Origin: Octopus sinensis
Lineage: Eukaryota
Length of the DNA stretch: 64,000 bases
Direction: 5' to 3'
Assembly: GCF_006345805.1 (NCBI RefSeq)
Contig: NC_043005.1
Location: 17,608,001 to 17,672,000 of the forward strand
The notes under the pieces are model-generated. The model saw only the letters and a program-made list of their open reading frames with translations, was not told the DNA's origin and ran no database searches. The position numbers were made by a program, and so were the translations under genes. Position 1 is the first letter of the stretch; each line of letters opens with the position of its first letter. Of this stretch, positions 13,544 through 25,846 are shown piece after piece.

Positions 13544-14045
13544 TTATATATATGCATATATATATGCATACAAATACACCCTTATACACCAATAAATTAT
13601 GGAAACTAAAACGTTTGATACATAGGTTTGTCCAGAACTTATATATATCACGACAAACCATACTATAGTTTCATATTTAACCAGGAAAAAAAAAATACAA
13701 TCCTCAATAGCCAAACTGTAATTAAAATACCAAGAGAAAATTAACAGCAATTATTACTAGGAATATAGCAAGAGCAAGTTCCCATGATTCAGTTTCAGCA
13801 AATGTAGCAGTACTAATGGTATTCTAGTCTTACACCTCTTTTGTAGCAATAGGAAAAGAAATTTAGTTGAAGTGAAATGAGTAACCAATTAAATATAACA
13901 TGCACATATGTGTTACTGGTTGATTAATTACATGTATATTGGAGCGTGTGTGTGTGTGTGTGTGTGCATGCGTGAGCAAGCAAGAATATGATTGAGCATA
14001 TCAGCAAAATTTCAATCATGGATGCAAATGTGTGCATACATGTAT

Positions 14046-14560
14046 ATAAACAAGCATACACATGCCAGTGAACAAGTGCTCGCACGTCGGTGCAGAAGTG
14101 CTCGCACATCGGTGCACAGGTGCTCGCACGTCGGTGAACAAGTGCTCGCACGTCGGTGCACAAGTGCTCGCACGTCGGTGCACAGGTGCTCGCACGTCGG
14201 TGAACAAGTGCTCGCATGTCGGTGAACAGGTGCTCGCATGTCGGTGAACAAGTGCTCGCATGTCGGTGAACAAGTGCTCGCACGTCGGTGAACAAGTGCT
14301 CGCATGTCGGTGCACAAGTGCTCGCACGTCGGTGCACAAGTGCTCGCATGTCTGAACAACTGTGCACATGTCTGAACAACTGCACATATGCCAGTGAACA
14401 AATGTGTGCATGCCGGTGGACAAGCACGCAAACCAGTGAACAAGCATGCATACGTCAGTGAACAAGTGCACATAATGCTAGTGAACAAGTATACACATGC
14501 TAGTGAACAGGTGCAGCTAGGTAAACAAGTATACCTATGCAAGTGATTAAAGCATGTATA
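14046..14560. repeat. 22-bp minisatellite (GTGAACAAGTGCTCGCACGTCG)
   Basis: 13 near-perfect head-to-tail units at 14068-~14352, with degenerate units on both sides. Confidence 0.95.
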
Positions 14561-14952
14561 TTGAGCCCAATTCATATGTTGCAAGACATTTACTGCATCA
14601 ATGAAAGGAGAAAACAGCAGAATAAGTAAAAGAGATTGTCATAGGGGAAGAGAGATCTTTTATGTCCCTGTTTGACCTTCTTGAAATAGTTGCCAAACCA
14701 ACCTCAAATAATATTCCTGTCTTAAGAAATGAGAAACAATGTAGCATAGAAATACATACAATAAGACAGGATGGTTATGGCTGGAACACCTCTGACCAAA
14801 AGTCAGCATAATTAGGGCTGACTTGGGACTAAACAACAACTTATTGAGTATGTGTAAGCAAAGAAGTTGTGCATAGATATCATCAATCAACACCCATTTT
14901 CCATATATCAGCTTTGGCATGGTTTCTACAACTGGGTGTCCTTCCTAATACC

Positions 14953-15185
14953 TATTTCTTTATTACCCACAAGGGGCTAAACACAGAGGGGACAAACAAG
15001 GGCAGACATAGGTATTAAGTCGATTACATCAACCCCAGTGCGTAACTGGTACTTAATTAATCGACCCCGAAAGGATGAAAGGAAAAGTCGACCTCGGCAG
15101 AATTTGAACTCAGAACGTAACGGCAGAGGAAATACGGCTACGCAATTCGTCCGACGTGCTAACGTTTCTGCCAGCTCGCCGCCTT
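14953..15185 (-). mobile_element. SINE family A (tail type 1), full length
   Basis: Reverse complement of the 6288/17927/23350 element. Confidence 0.9.
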
Positions 15186-15195
15186 AAATACAAGC

Positions 15196-15257
15196 CTCCC
15201 CGGCGGGGAATCGAACCCCGGTCTCCCGCGTGACAGGCAGGGATACTTACTACTATA
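15196..15257 (-). pseudogene. 5'-truncated tRNA-Asp(GUC) copy
   Basis: Minus strand TATAGTAGTAAGTATCCCTGCCTGTCACGCGGGAGACCGGGGTTCGATTCCCCGCCGGGGAG; anticodon GTC at 15234-15232; intact T-arm; first ~10 nt (5' acceptor strand) missing; no CCA. Confidence 0.9.
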
Positions 15258-16190
15258 AGTGTGTACTGGGTGCTTTTAACATGGCACTGGCACTAGCAAG
15301 GTCAGCAAGTAACTTGTAAGACAGAAAAAGGACCATAAAAAAAAGCTCCCTTAAAGTGGACAGTGGATATTTGAGAGGGAGAGGTGGATTTATGCCGGAT
15401 ATAAGACTGAGGGACAAACAGGAGTAGCTGGGGAGAAAATAAAGAGGGTAGTGATGGGGTGCCAGAGCAAACTCTCAAGGTACAAGAAGGTGAGCATAAG
15501 AGTGGATATGGCCAGTGGATCATTACTCTTGCTACTTTTCTCTCACACTCAAATGAGTGAAAGAGTAATTGTTGGTTAGAAAGGGGGGAGGGGTTAGAGG
15601 TGTAGATGTGTTAATGTGAGTAACTGAGATATCAGGTGAGAAAAAAAAATAGATATGAATGAATGATATATGGAACTCAAAGGGCAAAGATGACACAGAA
15701 AAAAAGTCAGGAGTTGAATTTATTAGCAGTGGAGGGGATAGCATACAATCAAAATATAGTAGTGCAACCCAGCACAATTTACATTAAATCTATGGATGGC
15801 AGAATTCATAGGAAGGCAGAGAAAATACCTAGCAGTACTTAATTATATATCATTACATTTTGAATTCAAATACTGCCAGGATTAACTTTGCTGAAATGAG
15901 CACCAGTCAAGTACTAGGATTGATTTAATTAACTATATTTCCACTGAACGTGTAGCCTTTTGTGAATGTCAAAAATAATTATTAACTAGTGCATGACCTA
16001 CTGTTTTATGCCTACAACAAATAAGAGCAAGTAAAGAACACTGGAATGAGAGAAACGTTACAGAGATCAGAATACATGCGAGTTTTTAACTCATTTTATT
16101 TCTATATGCAACATTATAGGCAAGAAACAGCAGACACAAGATTTTAACAATCAAACAATGTCTGTGTATGCAATATTTTTAATGAATTGA

Positions 16191-16413
16191 AGGCGGCAAG
16201 CTGGCAGAAACGTTAGCACACCGGGTGAAATGCTTAGCAGTATTTCGTCTGTCTTAACATTCTGAGTTCAAATTCCAACAAAGTTGACTTTGCTTTCCAT
16301 CCTTTTGGGGTTGATAAATTAAGCACCAGTTGTATACTGGGGTTGATCTAATCGACTGGACTGCTCCCACCTCCCCAAAAATTTTGGGCCTTGTGCCTGG
16401 AGTAGAAAAGAAT
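16191..16413 (+). mobile_element. SINE family A (tail type 2)
   Basis: Same head and core as family A; tail cctccccaaaaattttgggccttgtgcctggagtagaaaagaata. Confidence 0.85.
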
Positions 16414-16709
16414 ATTTTTAGTGAATTTAACATCTTTATAATTGGGATGTGTCTATGTGACCTTGGTATAGTAAATTGACTGACCAACAAAAATCTTTAC
16501 TTCTGATGGATCCCCAACTCTGCTGAGAGCAACATACAACTAGCCAGGTGCAAACACATTAGTCACGTAAAGAGAGAAAAAGAGAGACAGATACATGGCA
16601 TTTCTTCACTATTTTCTTAGCATTCTTTAATAAACATACAAAAACTGTTTTTTACTTTTGAAAATGGTAGCATTGAAAAATATATAGGTGTATGCCTGTG
16701 TACGTACAT

Positions 16710-16881
16710 AGGTGCAGGAGTGGCTGTGTGGTAAGTAGCTTGCTTACTAACCACATGGTTCCGGGTTCATTCCCATTGTGTGACACCTTGGGCAAGTGTC
16801 TTCTACTATAGCCTCGGGCTGACCAAAGCCTTGTGAGTGGATTTGGTAGACGGAAACTGGAAGAAGCCCGTCGTATATATG

Positions 16882-16913
<32 letters not shown>

Positions 16914-17131
16914 TGTATGTATGTATGTATGTATGTATGTATGTATATGTTTGTTCCCCCACCATTGCTTGACAGGTGGTGTTTACGTCCTGTAACTTAG
17001 CAGTTCAGCAAAAGAGACTGATAGAATAAGTACTAGGCTTACAAAGAATAAGTCCTTGTGTCGATTTACTCGACTAGAAGGCGGTGCTCCAGCATGGCCG
17101 CAGGTCAAATGACTGAAACAAGTAAAAGAGT
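16710..17131 (+). mobile_element. tRNA-derived SINE family B with CORE-like segment and internal microsatellite
   Basis: Head ggagtggctgtgtggtaag...gggttca; caccttgggcaagtg; internal (tatg)n; tail gactgaaacaagtaaaagag. Confidence 0.88.
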
Positions 17132-17140
17132 ATATATACA

Positions 17141-17363
17141 TATGAGGGGGTGCTGAAAAGTTCCTGGCTTTAAGGGTGTTGTGAAAGGCCTGGTTGGAGG
17201 CCCAACCTTCCATGTTCTTTTACAGGGCTTAGGAAAACTGAAGAACTGCTGCAACAAATGTCTAAATCTGACGAAGGGAATATGCTGAATAAAATCATAA
17301 TTAGCTGCTCCTCCTGTATTTTCTTTTACCCAAAACCAGGAACTTTCCAGCATCCCCATCATA
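17141..17363 (+). mobile_element. Tc1/mariner-derived MITE
   Basis: TIRs tatgagggggtgctgaaaagttcctgg / ccaggaactttccagcatccccatcata with TA ends; internal transposase C-terminal relic (NKCLNL..EYAE*). Confidence 0.8.
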
Positions 17364-17473
17364 CATATACAGACAGAGTGAGTGAGAGAGAGAGAGGAGG
17401 AAGTATATTGAGTGAGTGATTGAAGTAAAAACTGAGGTAGAATGCTACCATGGCATCAGTACTTGGATTTGTG

Positions 17474-17696
17474 AAGGCAGAAAACTGGCAAGAATCATTA
17501 TCATGCCAGACAAAGTGCTTTGCAGTATTTCACCCATCGCTATATTCTGAGTTCAAATTCTGCTGAGGTCGACTTTGCCTTTCATCCTTTCGGGGTCAAT
17601 AAATTAAGTACCAGTTGCATGCTGGGGTCAATCAAATAGATTGGCCCCCTCCCCCCAAAAAATTTCAGGCCTCGTGCCTATAGTAGAAAGGATTAT
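17474..17696 (+). mobile_element. SINE family A (tail type 2)
   Basis: Core gtcgactttgcctttcatcctttcgggg; tail aatttcaggcctcgtgcctatagtagaaaggatta. Confidence 0.85.
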
Positions 17697-17926
17697 CTGG
17701 ATTTGTGAAATGAAGTTCTTCATTCATGACGAACTGTCCAATCATGAAATGTATTTTTAAAATGCCTCAAAATAAATACTCGGTCAACTATTTTCTGAAA
17801 TGATCAAATGGCAGACACTACAGTGGACAGTGCTTATGAGTGGTTTAAGTTACCTATGTATTGGGGGAGAGATTGAGGTGAAAACAACGATATGTAGATA
17901 GACAAATAAATAATATAGATATAAAG

Positions 17927-18151
17927 AGGCGAGCTGGCAGAAACGTTAGCATGCCGGGCGAAATGCTTAGTGGTATTTCGTCCGTCACTACGTTCTGAGT
18001 TCAAATTCTGCCGAGGTTGACTTTGCCTTTCATCCTTTCGGGGTCGATAAAGTACCAGTTACGCACTGGAGTCAATGTAATCGACTTAATTCCTTTGGCT
18101 GTCCTTGTTTGTCCCCTCTATGTTTAGCCCCTTGTGGGCAGTAAAGAAATA
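17927..18151 (+). mobile_element. SINE family A (tail type 1)
   Basis: Near-identical to 6288-6515. Confidence 0.9.
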
Positions 18152-18336
18152 AATATAGATATAAAGCTTTGCTTATTGTAAAGTAACCAACATTCAAATT
18201 CAACAGAGAGAAACTAAAATATATTTGTTAGTTTCCTTGGGAGAAATTTAAAGAATAGAGAGTCACCATTGTCTTTTCATTTCATAATAAACTTATGTAA
18301 AGAATTATTTTTTGCGAAAGCGGTAGCTTAATGTCT

Positions 18337-18783
18337 TTAACTCTTTTGAAACCAATCAACTTGAAACTGTCGTTGGTTCTTATGATACAAATTCCCAACT
18401 TTAACCGTTTAGTGTTCAGATTACTCTGTTAAATATAATACTTTTTCACTCAAATTGTTTTGAATTAATCATGCATTATCTTATAGCTTTGAGGTTTCAG
18501 TGATGTGATTGTTTATTTTTAGCATGACATTGTAGGTTAGGTGTGAGAGGTTAGATATCGCCAGTTTGAATATAAAACATTTAGAATATTTGGGCTGGAT
18601 ATGGCCGGTTTAAACACTAAAGGGTTAAAGAGATCTAAATTAAAACCAAGCAGAATTTCATGTTAATTTATGTTCTAAAGATCTGCTTAATAATGACAGT
18701 TATTTTATTAAACCCTTAATTATTTTCAAAATTAATAGAAAAGACAGTATGTATCAACAGAAGTATGGTAACAAAGGGGTTAA
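18337..18783 (+). mobile_element. piggyBac-like MITE family P2 (hosts a P1 copy)
   Basis: TIRs ttaactcttttgaaacca / tggtaacaaaggggttaa; related copies at ~21665-22216 (+) and ~34420-34605 (-). Confidence 0.65.
18401..18628 (+). mobile_element. piggyBac-like MITE family P1
   Basis: TIRs ttaaccgtttagtgtt / aacactaaagggttaa with TTAA on both sides. Confidence 0.8.
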
Positions 18784-18893
18784 ATATGGTGTTGGGAAAC
18801 GTTTGTGTCTGTGTACATACAAGGGAGAGTGAAAAGGAGATGAGGGGTGGAGCTGCAAACCAAACCAGACGTTAGATGGACATACTCGTCTAC

Positions 18894-19245
18894 ACTTTTA
18901 CTTGTTTCAGTCATTTGACTGTGGCCATGCTGGAGCACCGCCTTTCGTCACACAAATCGACCCCCAGGACTTATTCTTTGTAAGCCTAGTACTTATATCA
19001 GTCAATTTTGCTGAACCACTAAGTTACGGGGACATAAACACACCAACATCGGCTGTCAAGTGATGGTGAGTGGGACTAACACACACACAACGGGCTCCTT
19101 ACAGTTTCCACCTGTGAAATCCACTCACAAGGCTTTGATCAACCCGAGGCTATAGTAGAAGGCACTTGCCCAAGGTGTCACACAGTGGGACTAAACCCGG
19201 AATCAAGAGGTTGGGAAGCAAGTTGCCACACAGCCACTCTTGCAC
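18894..19245 (-). mobile_element. SINE family B
   Basis: Reverse complement of 19835-20250. Confidence 0.85.
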
Positions 19246-19834
19246 TCATGAGAAAATTTATCATTGCAATCCTCACGCACAGGCATGACTGTTTGGTTAA
19301 GGAGTTAGCTTTCCAACCACATAATTTCAGGTTCAGTCCCACTGCATGCCAACTTGAGTGTCGTCTACTATAGCTTTGAGCCAGTGGATCTGGTAGATAG
19401 CAACTGAAAGAAACCCATGGTATGTATGTCATCATTCAGTTTTATTTCAAGATATCTTGCCAATAGAGAAAGAGCCAGTTTCTAATCTAGATCCAAGGCT
19501 CTTTCATTGGTATTTCAACATCAACAGGGTATTTTTGCATATATTTATATATGCAGATTTGGTTTTATGTATGTATTCTCACGCATGTTGCATGTCTAGA
19601 CATGATCATATATACTTAAATGATACAATTCTGGCTAAGTTTTACAGTTCCAGTTATGGCTTGGATCTGTAGTCTTTGAATCAGCTTTCTCCTTTCTGGT
19701 TTTGAGAAGCCTAATTTCACAAGATTGGTATTTAGGCAGTGTGTTACCTATCCCAGTGCCACAATAATTACTGGTATAAACCTGAACTTGTAATCTGGAT
19801 AGAGTAGCCATAGATTCCTAAATAATTTTCAGCA

Positions 19835-20007
19835 TAGGCGCAAGAGTGGCTGTGTGGTAAGTAGCTTGCTAACCAACCACATGGTTCCGGGTTCAGTCCC
19901 ACTGCGTGGCATCTTGGGCAAGTGTCTTCTGCTATAGCCCCGGGCCGACCAATGCCTTGCGAGTGGATTTGGTAGACGGAAACTGAAAGAAGCCTGTCGT
20001 ATATATG

Positions 20008-20042
<35 letters not shown>

Positions 20043-20252
20043 CTGTGTTTGTCCCCCTAGCATTGCTTGACAACCGATGCTGGTGTGTTTACGTCCCTGT
20101 CACTTAGCGGTTCGGCAAAAGAGACCGATAGAATAAGTAGCGGGCTTACAAAGAATAAGTCCCGGGGTCGATTTGGTTGACTAAAGGCGGTACTCCAGCA
20201 TGGCTGCAGTCAAATGACTGAAACAAGTAAAAGAGTAAAAGAGAGAAAAGAG
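19835..20252 (+). mobile_element. SINE family B, full length
   Basis: aggcgcaagagtggctgtgtggtaag to a repeated taaaagag tail. Confidence 0.9.
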
Positions 20253-20261
20253 TATAGGTAT

Positions 20262-20735
20262 TTTCTTTTTCGCTTTATGTTAACATCCACTGGGCAGCTG
20301 ATTTCCATAACTGTACACAGTTTCTCTTCTCTATCCCAAATTAATGTCAGGCTTACTATGTTTACATTTTACTGACACTTTCACTGGAACATTACACCAG
20401 TACTCCTTTTTATGAGTGGCTATGGCTTCCACCATATTGTGGTTTCTTTGTCCTCAGGGTTATCCTTCCGACAGATCTTGTTATACAGTGACCTAGCTAC
20501 AACGTCTCACTGGTAGATGATACTGTGATTACATTTTCGGACAACTGCTTATGATGTGGATGATATCATTGGTGTAAATTCCAAAGTCTGCATCGGTCAT
20601 CACGTTTCGCTGCTTTTCCTGTGTCCGTCCCTTTTGTGCGTCAGGTATTTGATTGATATTTCTTGTTCCGGGATTGCAAACATATACCCTTTAAAGTAGG
20701 AGTTAGTAATCCGGTTGTTGGTCCATGACAGACTG
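20262..20735 (-). pseudogene. Relic of an RLE-endonuclease non-LTR retrotransposon (R4/Dong-like C terminus)
   Basis: Minus-strand fragments GYMFAIPEQEISIKY, DRCRL, DIIHIISSCPKM (CCHC knuckle), EYWCNVPVKVSVKCKHSKPDI and WDREEKLCTVMEISCPVDVNI (PD..E restriction-like endonuclease). Confidence 0.78.
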
Positions 20736-20797
20736 CTTTGATGTGTATGTGTGTACATGTGTGTGTATATATATATATATCTGTATGTGTATATATA

Positions 20798-20832
<35 letters not shown>

Positions 20833-21664
20833 GTGTATATATATCTGTATGTATATATGTGTGTGTGTGTGCATATGCATGTTTGTGTCACCTTGTCCAG
20901 ACATTGTGCAATAGTTGTAAATGAGCATCACCATCGCACAAGCAGTGTTGTTCATTTCCAATCTGCTGTAAAATATGTCAGGCCATGGGGAAATATTACT
21001 CTGCTTGGAAAGATATGAAGAGTGACAACCGGAAAGGTATCTGCATAGAAAATTAGTCTGAAATGAATTCCATCTGACCCAAACAAGCATGGAAGAGTGG
21101 ACAAGATGATGATGATGTTGATGGCAAAATAAGAGCTGTGGATTGGCAGAATCAGAGGGGAAAATGCCTTGTGATATTAGCCCGCAATTGACATTCTGAA
21201 TTCAAATCAGACCAAGGTCAGCATTGCTTTTTGTCCCTCCAGGGTTGCTAAAATAATATAACAGTCAGATACTGGAGAGGATATGATCAACTATTTTCCT
21301 TCCACCAATTCCATGCCTTTTGCCTGATAGAAACTACGATTAAGTTGGAAGTGTGCATAATATGGATTTGGGTCGACACCATCCATGCAAATGAAGCACT
21401 AAATAGTGACAGCAATGATGCTAAAGTGTTTCAGATGCTACCAAGGAAGAAGTGGACAATTACAGACATTAACTATACTAGTATCTAATGAGAAAGTCAT
21501 ACAATTATGAAACTAACCACTACACACAGTAAGAGAGGTCGACCAGCAGATATACTTAGTACTGGCCATCACTACTACTAGCCATGAACTGCTGAGAGAG
21601 CCTGTACATAGACACTAGACTTCTAAAAAATAATAGCCAAATCTCTCTCAAATCATATCATTTC

Positions 21665-22216
21665 CAACCTTTTGATACCAGTCCACCTGAAACTGCCCTT
21701 GATTCAGATATAAAAATTTGTTTTTAAGTGATCTGAATTAAAACATACCATCAAAATTTCACCTCCACCTTAGCTAAGGCGGAGGTACTGTTTTCAGTGT
21801 CATGTTTGTTTGTTTGTTTGTCCGCAGACAAGATATCTCAAGAACTGCTGGATGGATTCAGATTAAACTTTCAGGAATATTTGGCCTCGTGACAGGCACA
21901 AACTGATTAGATTTTGGGATCGATTCAGTACCAGACAAAGATTCTGGATTATTTTTCCAGTTTAAAAATTTTTTTTTTTAATTCTTGAGAGTGGTCGGGT
22001 TCATTTTTAGTTTTCCCATTTGTGAGAGCATTTAAGTTAATTTTTAAAATGAGAATATCTGAAATAATGGTTAATCGTTGAAAGGATGTTGGTGTTGCCT
22101 TGACAGAGGTTTGTGCTCTCCAAGTGCTCTTGTTTTTAATAAACTCATTATTTTCAAAATGATTTGAAATGTGAGCAGCATATATCAATCAATAATATGG
22201 TAATGAGAGGGTTAAA
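21665..22216 (+). mobile_element. piggyBac-like MITE family P2 interrupted by a Helentron-type element
   Basis: 5' half to ...aaaatttca (21760); 3' half from ~22135 ending atatggtaatgagagggttaa. Confidence 0.6.
21761..22134 (+). mobile_element. Non-autonomous Helentron (HINE/DINE-1-like) element
   Basis: 5' palindrome cctccaccttagctaaggcggagg, (gttt)n, and a 3' subterminal repeat ccttgacagaggt followed by a short degenerate hairpin and a T run. Confidence 0.6.
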
Positions 22217-23257
22217 CAATGTACTAAGCCTAAATAAAAGACAATATGTTCACAGCTGGAGCGGAACAACCAGTGGCCTAACAACAACATATACAATCGG
22301 AAAGCGAAGTTAACCAGTCTTGACACTGACTCACACCAACTATATACATGTGGTTATCTGCTAGAAAAAGCAGCTAAATCTTTCACAAATCACACATGAA
22401 CCATCTTAAAAAAAGGACATTACTGCACAATGACGCTACTAGGTTATGCTGTGAGAAAATATGGAAAGTACCAGAATGGTATTGCTGAGACACTTTTCAT
22501 CAAACAAGGTCTGGATCACCTCACCTGATGATGAATGAATGTTGAGCTTTTCGTCAAACAGTCTTAATAGAAGACCACCACAGCCAGTGGGATGGTCACC
22601 CAGCTACAATACTCACCCATAGCACAGCTAGTGAGAGAGATGCTGTGTTTAATAAATCTATAATGATGGTAAACTTTTTAATCTTAACCAACTCAATGGT
22701 AAAGAAAGAAGAATTACATGGGTGCAAATTATTTTGTATTGTGTTTCCATTAATAAGGGGGGAGATGGGACAAGTTTCATTTTTTTTTTCTTTTCTTTTT
22801 GGAGAGGAAGGGAATGCTCTTAGTCAGTTTGAGAAGCACTGAGTCAGGGTATCAGTCAACCCCCTCTTTTAACTCAACAAATGAAAGAGGATTATTTAAA
22901 AGCTCTTTAATATGAACAGCATGGATGTGGAAGCAACATGCTAGAGGAGGCAGCAGCAGCAGCAACGCGGAGACTATCAGACTGTTAATTACTGGTTAAT
23001 ACCAGTTGTCTAGTTGAGAAAATAACAATGGCTTGAGGATGATCTAATTCAGTGAGGGAAGAGGGTGAGCTTGTCAGGCTTTCTGCTGCAAGTTACCAAG
23101 CAGATGAGGTGTGCAACTCAGCCAGGTGTCACCAACTGCTTTGCATAAACTCCAACTTAACTGACAGTAGCAAGAAGTGTGGAGGTGGGAAGGAGAGATC
23201 CAAGAGAGGGAGATGGGAGGAAGAGGTGCAAGTGAGAGGCAAGAGGAAAAAGTGAGT

Positions 23258-23288
<31 letters not shown>

Positions 23289-23349
23289 GTGAGAGGAAGA
23301 AATGCAAGAGAGGCAGGAGGAAGAGTAAAAGAATATGTTATATTTGATA

Positions 23350-23580
23350 AGGTGGCGAGCCGGCAGAAACGTTAGCACACCGGGCGAAATGCTTAGCAGT
23401 ATTGCGTCTGTCATTGCGTTCTGAGTTCAAGTTCTGCCGAGGTCAACTTTGCCTTTCATCCTTTTGGGGGTCGATAAATTAAGTACCAGTTACGCACTGG
23501 GGTCGATGTAATCGACTTAATCCATTTGTCTGTCCTTGTTTGTCCCCTCTATGTTTAGCCCCTTGTGGGCAATAAAGAAA
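23350..23580 (+). mobile_element. SINE family A (tail type 1)
   Basis: Near-identical to 17927-18151. Confidence 0.9.
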
Positions 23581-25846
23581 CAAATATGTTATATTTGATC
23601 ATCAGTGTGTTCCTATGAGTTATTTGTCAATTAATTATACAACTATAATTATCAGTGCTTCCTTGCTAAGAGATAAAATCATCTGGAAATGTGATCTTGC
23701 TATAACAGACTAGTTTCCTATCCAGATGGAGGTATATATCCACTTCACTGTACAGAACTGGAGTTCAGTATTTATCTCCAGAAGTCCTTAGAGGAGACAT
23801 TCATTTTTCAAAGGAGGAGGCAAGTAGGTTAAGTTTCAATTCAGAGTTGTGGCTAATTTTACATTATCTGTACCACTAATACTCTCCAGAAAGGCATGGC
23901 CATCACCCAATAATACTGGTTATCCGGTATCTGTAATTTTAAAGAATACCACGCTATGTAAACAGCTTCAAAACATGACAGTCACAGCACCCATTTCCTA
24001 TTTCTCTTCCCAATAAAACTAACGTGGATGGTTACTGCTGATAATGAATAATGGAATATTTTATGTCTGCCCACATAGTTTCACTGATGTGTGAAATAAA
24101 TAGTTCAACTGATGTCATTGTTAAGTAGCACAGCCTCAGCCAGTCCTGTTTAAGTAGATGTCTGACATGGACATAGAGAGCACAGCCAAACACTTAAAAG
24201 CAACAATCCTCAAAATCTAACAGCCAGATACAAACAGATATATGAATATATTTTATAATTTTGTTTAGTCATTGCAGAACCAATAACCAGTTGTTATAGC
24301 TCAATATGCCAGAGCTAAGAGTCTAGCGGTGAGAATTCACTGATGCCCTAACATCTAAACTCTTAAGGTTCTGGTGAAGCTATAAGATGTCACACTGTCA
24401 ATCACCAATGGGAGCACAGCTCCCTATAGCAGAAACAACTGTTGTCCAAGGAGTGAGATTATGATAACCCCAGTTCATTTGTCATTTATTAACATACACC
24501 CTTCCTCTCTCTCTCTCATATAATATTCATCACCACCATTTAACATCTGCTGGCCATATTGGCATGGGTTGGACAGTGTGACCAGAACTGGCAAGCTGGG
24601 GGAGGGGGGTGCATCTGACTCCAGTCTTATTTAGCAAGGTTTCTACAGCTAGATGCCCCTCCTAATGCCAACCACTTTACAGAGTGTGCTGGGTGCATTT
24701 ACATGGTACCATGTGGGTGCTTCTATGCAGCATTGCACAAGTCCTTTGTCATCTCGCCTCATCGTCATTTTACATTCACCATCATTTTAACATACATTTT
24801 CCATTGGATTAACTGAGGCATATTTTCTATGGCTGGATACCCTTCCTATCACCAATCCTCACCTGTTTCCAAGCAACATGATATTTCCCCTTAACCACAA
24901 GTTTTCGCAACATATTGGAAATGAATCCCTTTGCTTGTATGGCAGTTACACTCATTTACAACAACCAAATAATATCAAAACAAGGAAATGCAAACATACA
25001 CAATGGGCTTTTTTTTCAGTTTCTACATATCAAATCCACTTACAAGATTTTGGTTAACCCAGGATTATAGAAGACACTTGTATAAAGTGCCACACAGTAG
25101 AGCTGAGCCTGAAAATGTGGTTGAAAAACAAATTTCTCAACCACACACATGAAGGTGCAAGCCTGGCTGTGTGGTTAAGAAATTTGCTTCCCACCTATAT
25201 GGTTTTCAGTTCAGTCTCACAAAGCACCTTGAGCGAGTGGCTTCTACTGTAGCCTTAGACTGAAAACCTGTGACTGGGTTTAGTGAATGAAAACCAAAAG
25301 AATCCAGTCATGTGTGTGTGTGGCTTTCTAAAGGGAGGATGTTTTGGGAAAGAAAGACGGGCCATAGTTGTTAAAATAAGGACTAAGAAACACAAACGCA
25401 ATATGGAAGATAAGAAGAGAGATGAGTGATTTGGGAGTGCCTAAGTTGGGGTAGCAGGAGACCAGCCAATAGTGGTAAAAAAGGCAATAGCATATCTGTG
25501 GGCCAGAGGTTGGAGTGTCCTTTTGAAGGACTTCTTTGAGTGGCCTTGGTTTGACCAGCTTATCTAAAGTGAGTTTAGGAGGTGAGGGAATTGATGTGTG
25601 GAATGTAGACTAATCTTACTATCTGATTGATATGTGCAAAGAAAGGGATGGTTTAATCCAAGTTAGTGTAATAGTGAAGAAGATGCATATGGGGATGAAA
25701 TTGATTGATGTAGAGAGCTTAGGATTAAGAGAGGTTCAGTAACTGTAAAGGCAGCATGGGAATCAAGGAGTTAAACATTAAAATTATTGAGGAGAAGGAC
25801 TTCAAGAGGAATGCAATGAGATAGATACCAATGATGCAGGAAGCAA

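Noticed and set aside
13924-14584. Repetitive Cys/His-rich ORFs, and a CRISPR-like look
   Set aside because: Contiguous 22-bp tandem units with no spacers, in eukaryotic intron context.
15196-15270. Functional tRNA-Asp gene
   Set aside because: The 5' acceptor-stem strand is missing, so the cloverleaf cannot form.
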